Shown piece after piece: positions 32,598 to 43,486 of a DNA stretch of 64,000 bases. This DNA is from an uncultured Bacteroidales bacterium (GTDB lineage Bacteria > Bacteroidota > Bacteroidia > Bacteroidales > VadinHA17). The first letter of the stretch is position 1, and each line of letters starts with the position of its first letter. Where the stretch lies: positions 151,967 to 215,966 of the forward strand of contig CAWFKI010000004.1 of assembly GCA_963816345.1 (NCBI GenBank), written 5' to 3'. The notes below the pieces were generated by a model. The model was not told the DNA's origin, made no database searches, and was given only the letters and a program-made list of their open reading frames with translations. A program made the translations under genes and the position numbers.

Positions 32598-35492
32598 TTA
32601 CAACCTCCCTCTGTTTATCGAGAGTCCGAAAAGATCGATGTTCAGGAGAAATTTAAATACGGGCCTGCTGTTTCCTGCCGGCCATGCACCCTGGACACCA
32701 CCGGATATCATATACGGAATCCTGAAAAGATTGAAGTCTGTCATCAGCTCGATGCCGGCAGATGAGAAGTTTTCACTGTAATCGTGAAACGCAACGGGGT
32801 TTAATCCGGAAGAGCTGTTTTCATAGTATGTATTACCTGTACCCTGTGCATAGTCATAGAAAAGAGAAGCGCGGATCCTCTTGATATATAGGAGACTGGC
32901 AATATTGAAATCCGGATATGCAAGTGGCAGGGCATAATCCAGAGAAACAAAATTTATATCCTGTGAGATGATATTCATGTACCCGCGGGGAAGGGTGACC
33001 CAGTTTCCCAGAACATATTTTTCCGGATTCTGCTTTTCCTTTTCCAGGCTTAACTTTATTCCGTTATTCGGGAAGAACCCGGGAAAATAAAACGAAGTTC
33101 TCAGCGCGATATCAGTGCCGTAAATACTCCTGTCGAATGGGGTAAAAGTGTAATTCAGATCAAACGTCTGCGCCCACCTGGGATAGATATCCCTTAGCGC
33201 GGCAACGATGTAATTGGAAAAATATAGCCTGCCCGAAAGCAGTGTCTGTCCGTAATCATAACCGCCTGTCTCAGTGAGGTAAATATAATTGTTCATGTAC
33301 TCTGAGGTAACGGATGGGTCAAAGTACTGATAGAATCTCCCGGAGGAATAACTGAGCGGAACTGAAACAGTGTTTGTAAATATCATCCCCGGTTTTACAA
33401 CTGAAGGGTCAGCAACATTCTCATGGAATTTAGCTATTGTCGGGAAATTGCCATAGTCGAGCTGCGATTCGACTTCGGGATACAATCCTTTCCATGTGAC
33501 CTTTGTGTGTAAGACATGTCTGTTTTCAGCGGAATATTCATACCCTATTGTCGATATAAGTGTGCTCAGGTTGTTCTGGGTCAGCAGGGTGAGCCCCGGT
33601 CTGACTGATGCCGGATCACTCTTAATCTGCTGAATGTCGGCATAGAAGGGCATCCAGCTGTGGAACCTGAAAAGATGCTGCCATTTCCGGTATGGTACAG
33701 GCGTATATATACCGGCATTATTTTCCGGGATCTTTGGCTTTATGTCAAAACGATTTATCAGAAATGAAGATGACTCCCGGAAGAGATCCGGCTTGCCTGA
33801 ATCAGAGGGAAATGTATTGATGCATATGTTGTTCCCCAGGAATGTGTAATCACAGAATATTATCTTTCCTCCTTCAGCAGACAAATCGGAGGTCCCGAAC
33901 CTGCTGTTTGTAAGGCTCCTTATTTTATCGCCTTCTGTACGGAGGTAAATATTGTCGGTACCTGATATGGAGCTGATAAAAAAAAGCGAATCATTTCTCA
34001 GAAATGAAGATTGCAGGTCATTGTTTCCAGGTTCAATCAGTGTCTCCCATTCCCCGGCCGGAATATTGTATGACATAATTCCTTCACCCTTTTCCGTCAG
34101 GGTAATGGCGGTTATTTTTCTGCCGCCCTCTGCCCACTGCGGATGCTGAAGGTATTCATTGCGGGGAGTGGGACGGGAACTAATTATCACTCCTGTTTCA
34201 GTATCAATAAATACAATACTGTTCTGGTTGTTTACCGTGTTTTCAGATGCTGCAATAATTTTTCCATCGGGAGAGACTGAAGCGGAAAGATATCGTGATC
34301 TTCCAGAGATCCGTCTTACCTTTTTGCTTTTCAGATCCATCACCTTAATTACGGAATATTCCCTGTTTGCCCATCTCGGATCATTCTGAGTTTCAACCCA
34401 TACAAGCTTCCCTCCTCCGAATGAGATAAACCATGGATAGATCTGTCCCGGAGTATGTATCGTTATTTCCTTTTTCACCGAGGGAGTGACAAGAACAAAA
34501 ACCGGGGGCTTTGCCAGTGAAGTTTTTACTGCAATTATACTATCGTTGCCTGCCGCAACCGGAGAGTAATAATTAATATAGTTACCATTTTTAGAAGGAT
34601 TGATCTCCTTATATGTTATTGCCCTGGTTCTTGATTCATCCCTGGTCCACAGGCTTCTGAGGCTGTCGAGTGTTTCAGCATAGAGGTTTTTCTTGCTCAG
34701 GCCGGTATTCTTTGAAAGGCTGATATTGACCGGATTTATTGTAAAGGGATAATCTGCAGTATAATCAAGCACCTTATTCCATATAGAATGATCATATTTA
34801 GCCATGGCCCATGTTACCATCTGGAATCCGGACTGATAATAATCGGGTATAAAGTTCTTATACGATCCGCTTATACTCATATCATATGTGTAGATATTTC
34901 CCTTGTCAACCAGGATAGCCTTTAGCTGCTTCTGAAATGAAGGGTCATGGCCCCTGCCGCTTCCGGTAAGGGCTGATTCTGCAAATACCGCATCGCCCTC
35001 AAGGAACCACAGAGGCAGCAGAAATGCAACAACTCCGTAGAACTGCTGACCGAGCAATACTGACATCCCTTTGGAAAAGCCCTGATTCAGGGATTCCATC
35101 TGAAGGACATGAGTGAGTTCGTGTATTGTAAGCTGCTTAATGGGATCGAGCGGAATAGTGTTCTGTTCAGGTGTGGGATAGATCTCCATACGCTTTGGAG
35201 CCCAGGCGACATAACCGTTTGATCTGATTGTATAGTTATGAAGAATTACAGGGATCCTGAACTTCTTTTCAGGGAAGAGAGATTCAAGCCTGGAATATGC
35301 ATCATCGAGAGATTTTGCATAAACAACTCCTTCTTCTCCGTATGATTCGGGATAAATTACCGTGAACCTGTCTGTTTTAATCTGTAACCATTTAAGGGAA
35401 GCCGGGTCCTGCCCGGTATCGTAATATTGCGAAAATACTGCCCGGGATTGGATCAGTAATACAAAAAATATAATTGATAACGGAGATCTCAT
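32598..35492 (-). CDS. Large outer-membrane protein: gluzincin-type metallopeptidase motif, TolB-like propeller, C-terminal beta-barrel
   Basis: Signal peptide; HELTH and LWFLEGDAV; SVSPDG/PQW propeller repeats; amphipathic strands at the C-terminus. Confidence 0.65.
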   Translation of the reverse strand: MRSPLSIIFFVLLIQSRAVFSQYYDTGQDPASLKWLQIKTDRFTVIYPESYGEEGVVYAKSLDDAYSRLESLFPEKKFRIPVILHNYTIRSNGYVAWAPKRMEIYPTPEQNTIPLDPIKQLTIHELTHVLQMESLNQGFSKGMSVLLGQQFYGVVAFLLPLWFLEGDAVFAESALTGSGRGHDPSFQKQLKAILVDKGNIYTYDMSISGSYKNFIPDYYQSGFQMVTWAMAKYDHSIWNKVLDYTADYPFTINPVNISLSKNTGLSKKNLYAETLDSLRSLWTRDESRTRAITYKEINPSKNGNYINYYSPVAAGNDSIIAVKTSLAKPPVFVLVTPSVKKEITIHTPGQIYPWFISFGGGKLVWVETQNDPRWANREYSVIKVMDLKSKKVRRISGRSRYLSASVSPDGKIIAASENTVNNQNSIVFIDTETGVIISSRPTPRNEYLQHPQWAEGGRKITAITLTEKGEGIMSYNIPAGEWETLIEPGNNDLQSSFLRNDSLFFISSISGTDNIYLRTEGDKIRSLTNSRFGTSDLSAEGGKIIFCDYTFLGNNICINTFPSDSGKPDLFRESSSFLINRFDIKPKIPENNAGIYTPVPYRKWQHLFRFHSWMPFYADIQQIKSDPASVRPGLTLLTQNNLSTLISTIGYEYSAENRHVLHTKVTWKGLYPEVESQLDYGNFPTIAKFHENVADPSVVKPGMIFTNTVSVPLSYSSGRFYQYFDPSVTSEYMNNYIYLTETGGYDYGQTLLSGRLYFSNYIVAALRDIYPRWAQTFDLNYTFTPFDRSIYGTDIALRTSFYFPGFFPNNGIKLSLEKEKQNPEKYVLGNWVTLPRGYMNIISQDINFVSLDYALPLAYPDFNIASLLYIKRIRASLFYDYAQGTGNTYYENSSSGLNPVAFHDYSENFSSAGIELMTDFNLFRIPYMISGGVQGAWPAGNSRPVFKFLLNIDLFGLSINRGRL

Positions 35493-35618
35493 AGAAGGGA
35501 TTATGGTTCAAAAATAGCAAAATTCATCCGGAATAGTCCGGTATCTGAATTATGAAAAAAAGAACTACTTTCGTTATCTGATATTTTTAGGTTTTTGTTT
35601 AATATAAGTTGTCTGTGG

Positions 35619-38600
35619 ATGAAGAATTATAAGCGTATTAACAACGTGACAGGATGGATTGTTTTCCTGATTGCTGCCTACACCTTCCTGATGACGATTG
35701 AACCTACGGCAAGTCTTTGGGACTGCGGTGAATTTATTGCTTCAGGATTTAAACTTGAAGTCGGTCATCCTCCGGGCAACCCTGTATTTATGGTAATGGC
35801 AAATTTCTTTACCCATTTTGCGGGAGGGAACCTCACCAGGGTGGCTGCAATGGTAAATTCAATGTCAGCCCTGGCAAGCGCCTTTACAATTCTCTTCCTT
35901 TTCTGGACCATTACCCATCTTGCCAGAAAAATTCTTCTGAAGGAAGAAAGTGATTATACAACAGCCAGGATTACTGCTGTTATGGCAGCAGGATTTGTAG
36001 GCGCCCTGGCTTATAATTTTTCCGATTCCTTCTGGTTTTCAGCTGTCGAGGGCGAAGTGTATGCAAGCTCTGCCATGTTCACCGCTCTTGTATTCTGGGC
36101 TATCCTGAAATGGGAGGATGTAGCTGACGAGAAATATGCCGACAGATGGATCATACTTATAGCCTTCCTGATGGGACTTTCAATTGGGGTGCACCTGCTT
36201 AATCTGCTTACCCTGCCTGCAATTGTACTTGTTTATTATTTCAGAAAATTCGAATTTTCATGGAAAGGCTTCATAATCTCATTGGCAATTTCATTGGTAC
36301 TTCTTGCTTTGCTGATGTATGGAATAATGCCCGGGGTGGTTACAATATCCACGAAATTTGACTGGTTCTTTGTAAATACTCTTGGGCTCCCGCCCAACAG
36401 CGGGATGGTATTTCATGTAGTCCTTATGTTTGCTTTCCTTATTCTCGCTGTAAAGTACTCATTTTCATCTGAGAATGCATCGAAAAATGCATCGCTGGCA
36501 ATAGCCGCGCTGCTTCTGACGGGGATCTGGGTAATTTCCGGATCAGCATTTCTGAATATTATACTGCTCGGTATCATATCGGGTTTTGCATGGTATATGT
36601 CAGGAAAAAGCAGGAGAACCATGAATACAGCTCTTACCGCAATACTGGTTATACTCATAGGGTATTCATCAAATGCAATTATTGTGATAAGGGCATCTGC
36701 AGGAACACCCCTGAATGAAAATAATCCTTCAAACCCGTTTAATCTCCTGTATTTTCTGAACAGGGAGCAATATGGTCAGAGACCTTTATTCCGGGGGCCT
36801 TACTACAACGCCCCGGTAATAGACTATAAGCAGGGAAAGCCAAAATATGCCCTTGCAAACGGGAAGTATATAATTACAGGTCATGACCTTGAACGTGTTT
36901 ATGATCCGAGATTTATTACGCTTTTTCCCAGAATGTGGAGCGATCAGAGCGATCACGAGGCAGCATATGAGGAGTGGGGAAAGGTGAAAGGGACGCCTGT
37001 TCAGGTAGAGGATCAGAACGGGGAAAAGAAGATAATCAGAAGGCCCACATTCATTGAGAATATGAGATTTATGCTTTCTTACCAGTTCGGATACATGTAT
37101 TTCAGATATTTCATGTGGAACTTCGCAGGTAAGCAGAATGATACCCAGGGAACCGGCGGAGCCATAAACGGAAACTGGATCTCCGGGATAAATTTTATAG
37201 ATGTACCCCGGGTGGGAACACCCGATCTGCCGCCGGATCTGAAAAACGATCCGTCAAGGAACAAGTATTATCTCCTGCCATTTATCCTGGGGCTGGCGGG
37301 CATGTTCTATCAGCTTAACCGGGATTACAAAAACTGGTGGATAATACTACTGCTTTTTATCATGACAGGAATTGCAATTGTATTTTACCTTAACCAGTAT
37401 CCGAACCAGCCAAGGGAAAGGGATTATGCTTACGCCGGATCGTTCTATTTTTATTCTGTATGGTTGGGGCTGGGTGTATTGGCTCTCTTTGAGGGTCTCT
37501 CAAAGATAGTGAAGGAAAAGATCGCTGCACCAGCGGCAGCCGTGATATGCACACTGGCTGTTCCTGTTATTATGGGATCTGAAAACTGGGACGACCATGA
37601 CAGGTCGGGACGTTATCTTACAAGGGATATAGCCGTCAATTATCTGAACTCCTGCGCTCCCGATGCGATACTTTTTACAAACGGAGATAACGACACATTC
37701 CCCCTGTGGTATGCCCAGGAAGTAGAAAATCAAAGGACAGATGTAAGGGTTTGTAACCTTATGCTTCTGAATACTGACTGGTATATCGACCAGATGAAGG
37801 ACAAAACATATGAATCCGAACCTCTTCCTGTTACCCTTCCTGATAAGAAATACTACGATGGTATTAACAACCAGCTGTTTATTGTTGAGAAAACCAAAGA
37901 GCCTGTCGATGCATCCACAGTGATTGACTGGGTAATGAGCGAAAACAAGGGCACAAAGGTGCAGGTCTCCAATTCGGAGATCCTTGATATAATCCCCACA
38001 AGGACAATCAGAATTCCCGTTGATGCTGCCAGTGTCATTGCTTCCGGTACTGTCAGGCCCGAGGACTCTGCGAAAATTGTTCCTTATATAGATATTAAGC
38101 TTAAAGGCAACTCAATTCTTAAAAGTCAGCTTATCGTACTCGATATTCTGGCACATAACAATTGGAAAAGGCCTATCTATTTTGTTTCAGGATATACAAG
38201 TGACGCAATGGGGCTGGAGGAGTTTTTTCAGCTTGAGGGACTTGCCTACAGGCTGGTGCCAATAAAGTCCGAGAATAAGAGCTGGCTCGATTACGGCAGG
38301 ATTAACACAGATATCCTGTACAATAATATGATGAAGAAATTTGCCTGGGATGGAACCAATGTTAAAGGAGTAAATATCGATTATAATCTGAAGCGCACCC
38401 TTATTGTAGTAAAGGCAAGGATGAATTATGCAAGGCTTGCAAGGGCGCTTGCCACTGAGGGCAAAAACGAAAAGGCAATTGAGGTCCTCGATTATTGCAT
38501 GGATGAATTCCCTCTCTGGAAATTATCCTACGATCCATATGTGCCGGAGGTGATCGAAGCTTACTTTTCGGCAGGAGCAAAAGAGAAGGCTCTTAAGATG

Positions 38601-38831
38601 GCTGAAGCATTATCTGCATATTACTACCAGAAGCTCGATTATTACCTCAAACAAAAACCATATATTGTCAATTCTGCAGAGTTCGAGATCCAGACTTCTA
38701 TCCAGTATACTTCACGTGTTGCTTCAGCATGTAAGCTGAACGGCTATTCTGAAGTCGCTGAAAATATGAACAAGAAGCTTGAGGGTTACTATGCGGATTA
38801 TGTGAAGATATTCCAGCCGGGTGTAAAATAA
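35619..38831 (+). CDS. DUF2723 / TMEM260-like (GT-C fold) membrane glycosyltransferase
   Basis: WDCGEFI..LEVGHPPG, AVEGEVY, RERDYAY, FTNGDNDTFPLWY, C-terminal TPR-like helices. Confidence 0.9.
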   Translation: MKNYKRINNVTGWIVFLIAAYTFLMTIEPTASLWDCGEFIASGFKLEVGHPPGNPVFMVMANFFTHFAGGNLTRVAAMVNSMSALASAFTILFLFWTITHLARKILLKEESDYTTARITAVMAAGFVGALAYNFSDSFWFSAVEGEVYASSAMFTALVFWAILKWEDVADEKYADRWIILIAFLMGLSIGVHLLNLLTLPAIVLVYYFRKFEFSWKGFIISLAISLVLLALLMYGIMPGVVTISTKFDWFFVNTLGLPPNSGMVFHVVLMFAFLILAVKYSFSSENASKNASLAIAALLLTGIWVISGSAFLNIILLGIISGFAWYMSGKSRRTMNTALTAILVILIGYSSNAIIVIRASAGTPLNENNPSNPFNLLYFLNREQYGQRPLFRGPYYNAPVIDYKQGKPKYALANGKYIITGHDLERVYDPRFITLFPRMWSDQSDHEAAYEEWGKVKGTPVQVEDQNGEKKIIRRPTFIENMRFMLSYQFGYMYFRYFMWNFAGKQNDTQGTGGAINGNWISGINFIDVPRVGTPDLPPDLKNDPSRNKYYLLPFILGLAGMFYQLNRDYKNWWIILLLFIMTGIAIVFYLNQYPNQPRERDYAYAGSFYFYSVWLGLGVLALFEGLSKIVKEKIAAPAAAVICTLAVPVIMGSENWDDHDRSGRYLTRDIAVNYLNSCAPDAILFTNGDNDTFPLWYAQEVENQRTDVRVCNLMLLNTDWYIDQMKDKTYESEPLPVTLPDKKYYDGINNQLFIVEKTKEPVDASTVIDWVMSENKGTKVQVSNSEILDIIPTRTIRIPVDAASVIASGTVRPEDSAKIVPYIDIKLKGNSILKSQLIVLDILAHNNWKRPIYFVSGYTSDAMGLEEFFQLEGLAYRLVPIKSENKSWLDYGRINTDILYNNMMKKFAWDGTNVKGVNIDYNLKRTLIVVKARMNYARLARALATEGKNEKAIEVLDYCMDEFPLWKLSYDPYVPEVIEAYFSAGAKEKALKMAEALSAYYYQKLDYYLKQKPYIVNSAEFEIQTSIQYTSRVASACKLNGYSEVAENMNKKLEGYYADYVKIFQPGVK

Positions 38832-38841
38832 TGCAGCCGGC

Positions 38842-39264
38842 TTATTTTCTCAGGGAAACAGGTACGTCCGACAGGAGATATTTCTGCAGGATGAATACAA
38901 TTTTTTCAGGATAGATAGGCTTGAGGATATACTCATTGCATCCGGCAATATATGCTTCAGCTTTTGCCTGTTCCGACGAATAAGCCGTAATCATTATTAC
39001 AGGCGTGCTCTTTCTCTCTTTCCGGAATATCCTGACGCATTCAATCCCATTGATGAGGGGAATCAGGAAATCCATGAGGATAATGTCAATGTTTGTATGC
39101 TCAGAGGTTATATAATCGACAAATTCTTTTCCTGTACGGAATATTCTGAGGTCGGCACCCGACTGTTTCAGTAGCGTCTCATAATATTTTATTGAAGGTC
39201 TGTCGTCCTCAACAATAACGATATATTTGCCTGTAAGATCTAAGTTGCTGATATTCAGATTCAT
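38842..39264 (-). CDS. Single-domain response regulator (receiver)
   Basis: VEDD, ILMD, ITAY, KP. Confidence 0.88.
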   Translation of the reverse strand: MNLNISNLDLTGKYIVIVEDDRPSIKYYETLLKQSGADLRIFRTGKEFVDYITSEHTNIDIILMDFLIPLINGIECVRIFRKERKSTPVIMITAYSSEQAKAEAYIAGCNEYILKPIYPEKIVFILQKYLLSDVPVSLRK

Positions 39265-39537
39265 TTCCAGATCCGGTTAAACTTTTATAAAATTAGTATA
39301 AGAATGGGATCAACAGGCTATTTGTTTCGGCAATTATTAACATTTTATCAACAAGGTAACCAATATAAAGATAAGAGATTTTTGAAATAATTAATAAAAT
39401 TTTACGGATTTGTAATAAAAATCTGTCATTGAATTTTTATCAGTACAGGTTCCCGAAACTGATACTTTCATTCTTCCCCGGGATGAGACGATTTGAATGG
39501 GAATTTTTCGGGACAGTAAGGATTTGGGGGTAAGATA

Positions 39538-39765
39538 TTAACGGCACTCGACCTTTGTTACCTGGGAACCGGTAGTCAGGGGTGGTGTGGCTTTCCTCTT
39601 TATGAGTTCAACGCCGCAAAATTCTGTTTCCGGACCCGAATTGACAACAACATTATTCTCATATATAACATCTTTACAATATCCGCAGTCGGAAAGGGAT
39701 TCACAGGAGTTGACGGCCCACGCGATAAGAAGAAATGATGCACCGAATATAATCTTTCGCTTCAT
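39538..39765 (-). CDS. Small Cys-rich lipoprotein
   Basis: MKRKIIFGASFLLIAWAVNS-C lipobox; CGYC, FCG and ECR in the mature part. Confidence 0.65.
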   Translation of the reverse strand: MKRKIIFGASFLLIAWAVNSCESLSDCGYCKDVIYENNVVVNSGPETEFCGVELIKRKATPPLTTGSQVTKVECR

Positions 39766-39935
39766 ATCTCTGGTATTTGATTTCAAATATAATAAATCTC
39801 CTTGCTTTTGACAGGGAAACAGATCAAAAAGGATGAATGCATTAAAAAGTGACAGGATGGTGCATCAATCCGGAAATATAACAGTCCTTTGATCAGGAAT
39901 GAAAATATTTTTAAATTGCACAAAAATTAAATGTC

Positions 39936-40313
39936 ATGGAAGATTCAAAAATGAAAAAGCATGTTACCGTGGTTGGAGCTATCCATATTGGCTTCGGTAT
40001 ACTCGGTCTGATGTTGGCGGTTGCTGTTTTCTTTGCTCTTAATTTTGCCAGAGGGTTTGTTGAGAACGATGAGGTGCCAACTATGGTATTGAAATTCTTA
40101 TCTATCAGTCTTCCTCTTTTATTTGGATTTTTGTCGACCCTCGGATTGGTTGGTGGAATAGGACTGCTTTCTCTCCGGCCGTGGGCCAGATATCTTGTAA
40201 TCGTCGTTGCAGCCCTTGGTTGTCTTAATATCCCTATCGGAACGCTTAAAGGGGTTTATTCCCTCTGGGTATTACTGCAGGACGACACAATTAAGTTATT
40301 CGAAAATAAATAA
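39936..40313 (+). CDS. Hypothetical membrane protein
   Basis: 125 aa with 3-4 TMs; PWAR...IPIGT..GVYSLWVL; followed by a terminator. Confidence 0.75.
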   Translation: MEDSKMKKHVTVVGAIHIGFGILGLMLAVAVFFALNFARGFVENDEVPTMVLKFLSISLPLLFGFLSTLGLVGGIGLLSLRPWARYLVIVVAALGCLNIPIGTLKGVYSLWVLLQDDTIKLFENK

Positions 40314-40334
40314 GAATATTATTTATAAAAGACC

Positions 40335-40365
40335 GGACGCTCATTTCGGGCGTCTTTTATTTTTT
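40335..40365 (+). terminator. Rho-independent terminator
   Basis: GGACGCTC-atttc-GGGCGTCT followed by TTTATTTTTT. Confidence 0.65.
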
Positions 40366-40472
40366 CTTCCTGTTATCTTCAGGTAACCCGGGTAAAAGCA
40401 GGCAGATTTTTCTGATAAGTGAAAATGGAAATAATTTAAATTATTTTTGCTTCATGGATTAATTTGCATATT

Positions 40473-42155
40473 ATGGCTGAAGACAATAAGATCATATTTT
40501 CAATGTTCAGGGTAGGAAAATCCTTCCCGCCTCACAGACAGGTGCTTAAAGATATATCCCTTTCGTTTTATCTTGGAGCCAAGATCGGGATAATAGGACT
40601 TAACGGATCAGGCAAATCTACACTTCTTAAGATTATTGCAGGTATTGAGAAGGAATACCAGGGTGAAATTACTTTTCTTCCGGGGTACACTGTCGGACAT
40701 CTCTCCCAGGATCCTCTGCTTGACGATAGCCGTAGCGTAAGGGAGATAGTTGAGGAAGGTGCAAAGGATACACTCGGGATCATAAAGGAATTTGAAACAA
40801 TAAATAACAGTTTCGGGCTGCCGGAGGTTTATGAAAATCCTGACAGGATGCAACAGCTTATGGACAGGCAGGCTCTACTTCAGGAGAAAATAGATTACCT
40901 CGACGGATGGAATATAGAATATAAGCTTGAGAGGGCTATGGATGCCCTCAGGTGTCCGGCCGGCGATGCAAGGGTGAATGTACTCTCAGGAGGTGAAAGG
41001 AGGCGTGTAGCCCTTTGCAGGCTCCTTCTGCAGCAACCCGATATACTTCTTCTGGATGAGCCTACAAACCATCTCGATGCCGAATCGGTTCAGTGGCTTG
41101 AAACAACCCTTAAACAGTATCATGGTACTGTTATCTGCATTACTCATGACAGGTACTTTCTTGATAATGTTGCCGGCTGGATACTTGAACTTGACAGGGG
41201 CGAGGGTATTCCATGGAAAGGGAACTATACATCATGGCTTGAACAGAAAACCAAACGACTGGAGGTGGAGGAGAAAGGAAATGTCAGGCGAAGGAAAATA
41301 CTCGAAAGGGAGCTTGAATGGGTAAGGATGTCTCCCGGGGCACGCCGGGCAAAATCAAAGGCAAGGCTGGGGGCTTATGAGAAGCTGCTGAACCAGGATG
41401 TGAAACAGAAGGAGGAAAAGCTTGAAATATTTATCCCGGACGGACCGCGGCTGGGGGATAAGGTAATAGAAGCCAGTTCAGTAACCAAGTCATTTAATGA
41501 TAAACTTCTTTTCGAGGATCTTGAATTCAGCCTTCCTCCAAACGGCATTGTGGGGGTAATAGGTCCAAACGGCGCCGGGAAAACCACTCTTTTCAGAATG
41601 ATAATGGGACAGGAAGAGGCAACCAAAGGGACTTTTAAGATTGGTGATACTGTCGTTCTGGGTTATGTTGATCAGGCACATGCTGCCATCGATCCGGCTA
41701 AGACCGTATACGAAGTGATCTCAGGAGGTCAGCAGGATGTGATGGTAGGTAACCGTCTTGTAAATGCCAGAGCCTATGTGGCCCGTTTTAATTTCACAGG
41801 AGCCGACCAGGAAAAGAAATGCGGAGTCCTTTCAGGCGGAGAGAGGAACCGGCTTCACCTTGCTCTCACCCTTAAATCGGGGGCCAACGTCCTGCTTCTT
41901 GACGAACCTACCAATGATATCGATGTGAATACTCTCCGGGCGCTTGAGGAGGGACTGGAAAACTTTGCCGGATGTGCGGTTATCATTTCACATGACAGAT
42001 GGTTTCTCGACAGGATTACCACTCATATACTTGCATTCGAGGGTGACTCGAAAGTGATATGGTTCGAAGGCAATTACTCCGACTATGAAGAGAATTTGAG
42101 AAAGAGAGTTGCCGACACCACGCCTAAAAGAATAAAATATAAAAAACTGGTGTAG
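40473..42155 (+). CDS. ettA: Energy-dependent translational throttle ABC-F protein
   Basis: LKDISLSFY.GAKIG, two ABC domains, ELEWVR..PGARRAKSKARL, IFIPDGPRLG. Confidence 0.93.
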   Translation: MAEDNKIIFSMFRVGKSFPPHRQVLKDISLSFYLGAKIGIIGLNGSGKSTLLKIIAGIEKEYQGEITFLPGYTVGHLSQDPLLDDSRSVREIVEEGAKDTLGIIKEFETINNSFGLPEVYENPDRMQQLMDRQALLQEKIDYLDGWNIEYKLERAMDALRCPAGDARVNVLSGGERRRVALCRLLLQQPDILLLDEPTNHLDAESVQWLETTLKQYHGTVICITHDRYFLDNVAGWILELDRGEGIPWKGNYTSWLEQKTKRLEVEEKGNVRRRKILERELEWVRMSPGARRAKSKARLGAYEKLLNQDVKQKEEKLEIFIPDGPRLGDKVIEASSVTKSFNDKLLFEDLEFSLPPNGIVGVIGPNGAGKTTLFRMIMGQEEATKGTFKIGDTVVLGYVDQAHAAIDPAKTVYEVISGGQQDVMVGNRLVNARAYVARFNFTGADQEKKCGVLSGGERNRLHLALTLKSGANVLLLDEPTNDIDVNTLRALEEGLENFAGCAVIISHDRWFLDRITTHILAFEGDSKVIWFEGNYSDYEENLRKRVADTTPKRIKYKKLV

Positions 42156-42212
42156 TAATTGTCTGTGAATCAGGCATTTAAAGCTCCGGGTTACTCAGAT
42201 CTTCAGCAAGAC

Positions 42213-43370
42213 CTATAGCTGGTATTCAAGCGCTTTCCTGGTAGCTGCAGGCGTTGTAAGACCCCTGTCACCCAGGGTAAGCCATTTTCTCTGCTCAAAC
42301 CTGGAGACAATTTTTTCAATAGTATCCTGCTTAACCCCGTAATCACTCAGGCGTGTTTTTATACCCAGCGATTCGAAGAATTCTTCAGTTCTTTTTATAG
42401 CCGCATCGGCACGCTCCTCCTCTGTGCCTGCTGTAATATTCCAGACCCTCTTACCATACTGAAGCAGCTTTTGCTTTTTCTCCTCCTTAAGCACTTTCCA
42501 TAATCCGGGTAAAACTATTGCCAGTGTCCGTGCATGGTCAATACCATGAAGGGCTGTCAGTTCATGGCCTATCGAGTGAACTGACCAGTCACCCGGTACT
42601 CCGCACATTATAAGTCCGTTAAGAGCCATTGTAGCACTCCACATTAGATTGGCCATCGCTTCATAATCTGAAGGATTGGCTATTGCTTTCGGACCTTCTT
42701 CAATCAGGGTCAGAAGTATTGCCTCGGCAAAACGGTCCTGTATGGGGGCATTCACAGGATACGTAAGATATTGTTCAATTACATGCACGAAAGCATCTGC
42801 AACACCATTGGCAACCTGACGCCGGGGAAGTGTTGCCGCAGCCTCCGGAAGGAGAATTGAAAAGGCCGGGAACGAGTACGGCGATGAAAAGGCAAGTTTC
42901 TCGGTCGTGGATCTGCGGCTGATGACTGAATTCCCGTTCATCTCAGTACCCGTTGCAGGAAGGGTAAGAACCACCCCGAATGGAAGCGACGATCTTACGG
43001 GATCATTTTCAGATAGAATCTTCCAGGGATCCCCGTTTTCATACAGGGCCGCAGCAGCAATGAATTTTGTAGCGTCAATTACCGATCCGCCGCCTGCAGC
43101 AAGAAGATAATCGATTTTCTTCTCTTTTACTATCTCAACTGCCCGCATGGAGGTTTCATATAACGGATTAGCCTCAATTCCACCGAATTCGACTACGGTA
43201 TATCCCTTTAATGCCTCTTTCACCCCGGAGTATACCCCATTCTTAAAAATACTGCCGCCTCCGTAGGTAAGCAGGACATTTGCGCCGGAAGGAATCTGCG
43301 AAGAGATCTTTGAAATCTGCTCTCTTCCAAAAAATACTTTTACTGGATTGTAAAATTCGAAATCTTTCAT
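42213..43370 (-). CDS. Iron-containing alcohol dehydrogenase (YqhD/BdhA-like, probably NADPH-dependent)
   Basis: YGGGS, GGGSVIDATK, TLPATGTE, DAFVH..EQY, HSIGHE, HARTLA. Confidence 0.92.
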   Translation of the reverse strand: MKDFEFYNPVKVFFGREQISKISSQIPSGANVLLTYGGGSIFKNGVYSGVKEALKGYTVVEFGGIEANPLYETSMRAVEIVKEKKIDYLLAAGGGSVIDATKFIAAAALYENGDPWKILSENDPVRSSLPFGVVLTLPATGTEMNGNSVISRRSTTEKLAFSSPYSFPAFSILLPEAAATLPRRQVANGVADAFVHVIEQYLTYPVNAPIQDRFAEAILLTLIEEGPKAIANPSDYEAMANLMWSATMALNGLIMCGVPGDWSVHSIGHELTALHGIDHARTLAIVLPGLWKVLKEEKKQKLLQYGKRVWNITAGTEEERADAAIKRTEEFFESLGIKTRLSDYGVKQDTIEKIVSRFEQRKWLTLGDRGLTTPAATRKALEYQL

Positions 43371-43486
43371 GATATGTTGATTTGATTTTTTTCAAAACAA
43401 TGGCTTAAGCTGCCCCGAATGATAGGATAACAGCTCCGCTTCCGTGGAAATGACTGACCGGAACCTGAAAATGTAATTATCTTCTT

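Noticed and set aside
42213-43370. Second kdnB copy
   Set aside because: Its motifs match YqhD/butanol dehydrogenase-type enzymes, not KdnB, and it has no kdnA partner.
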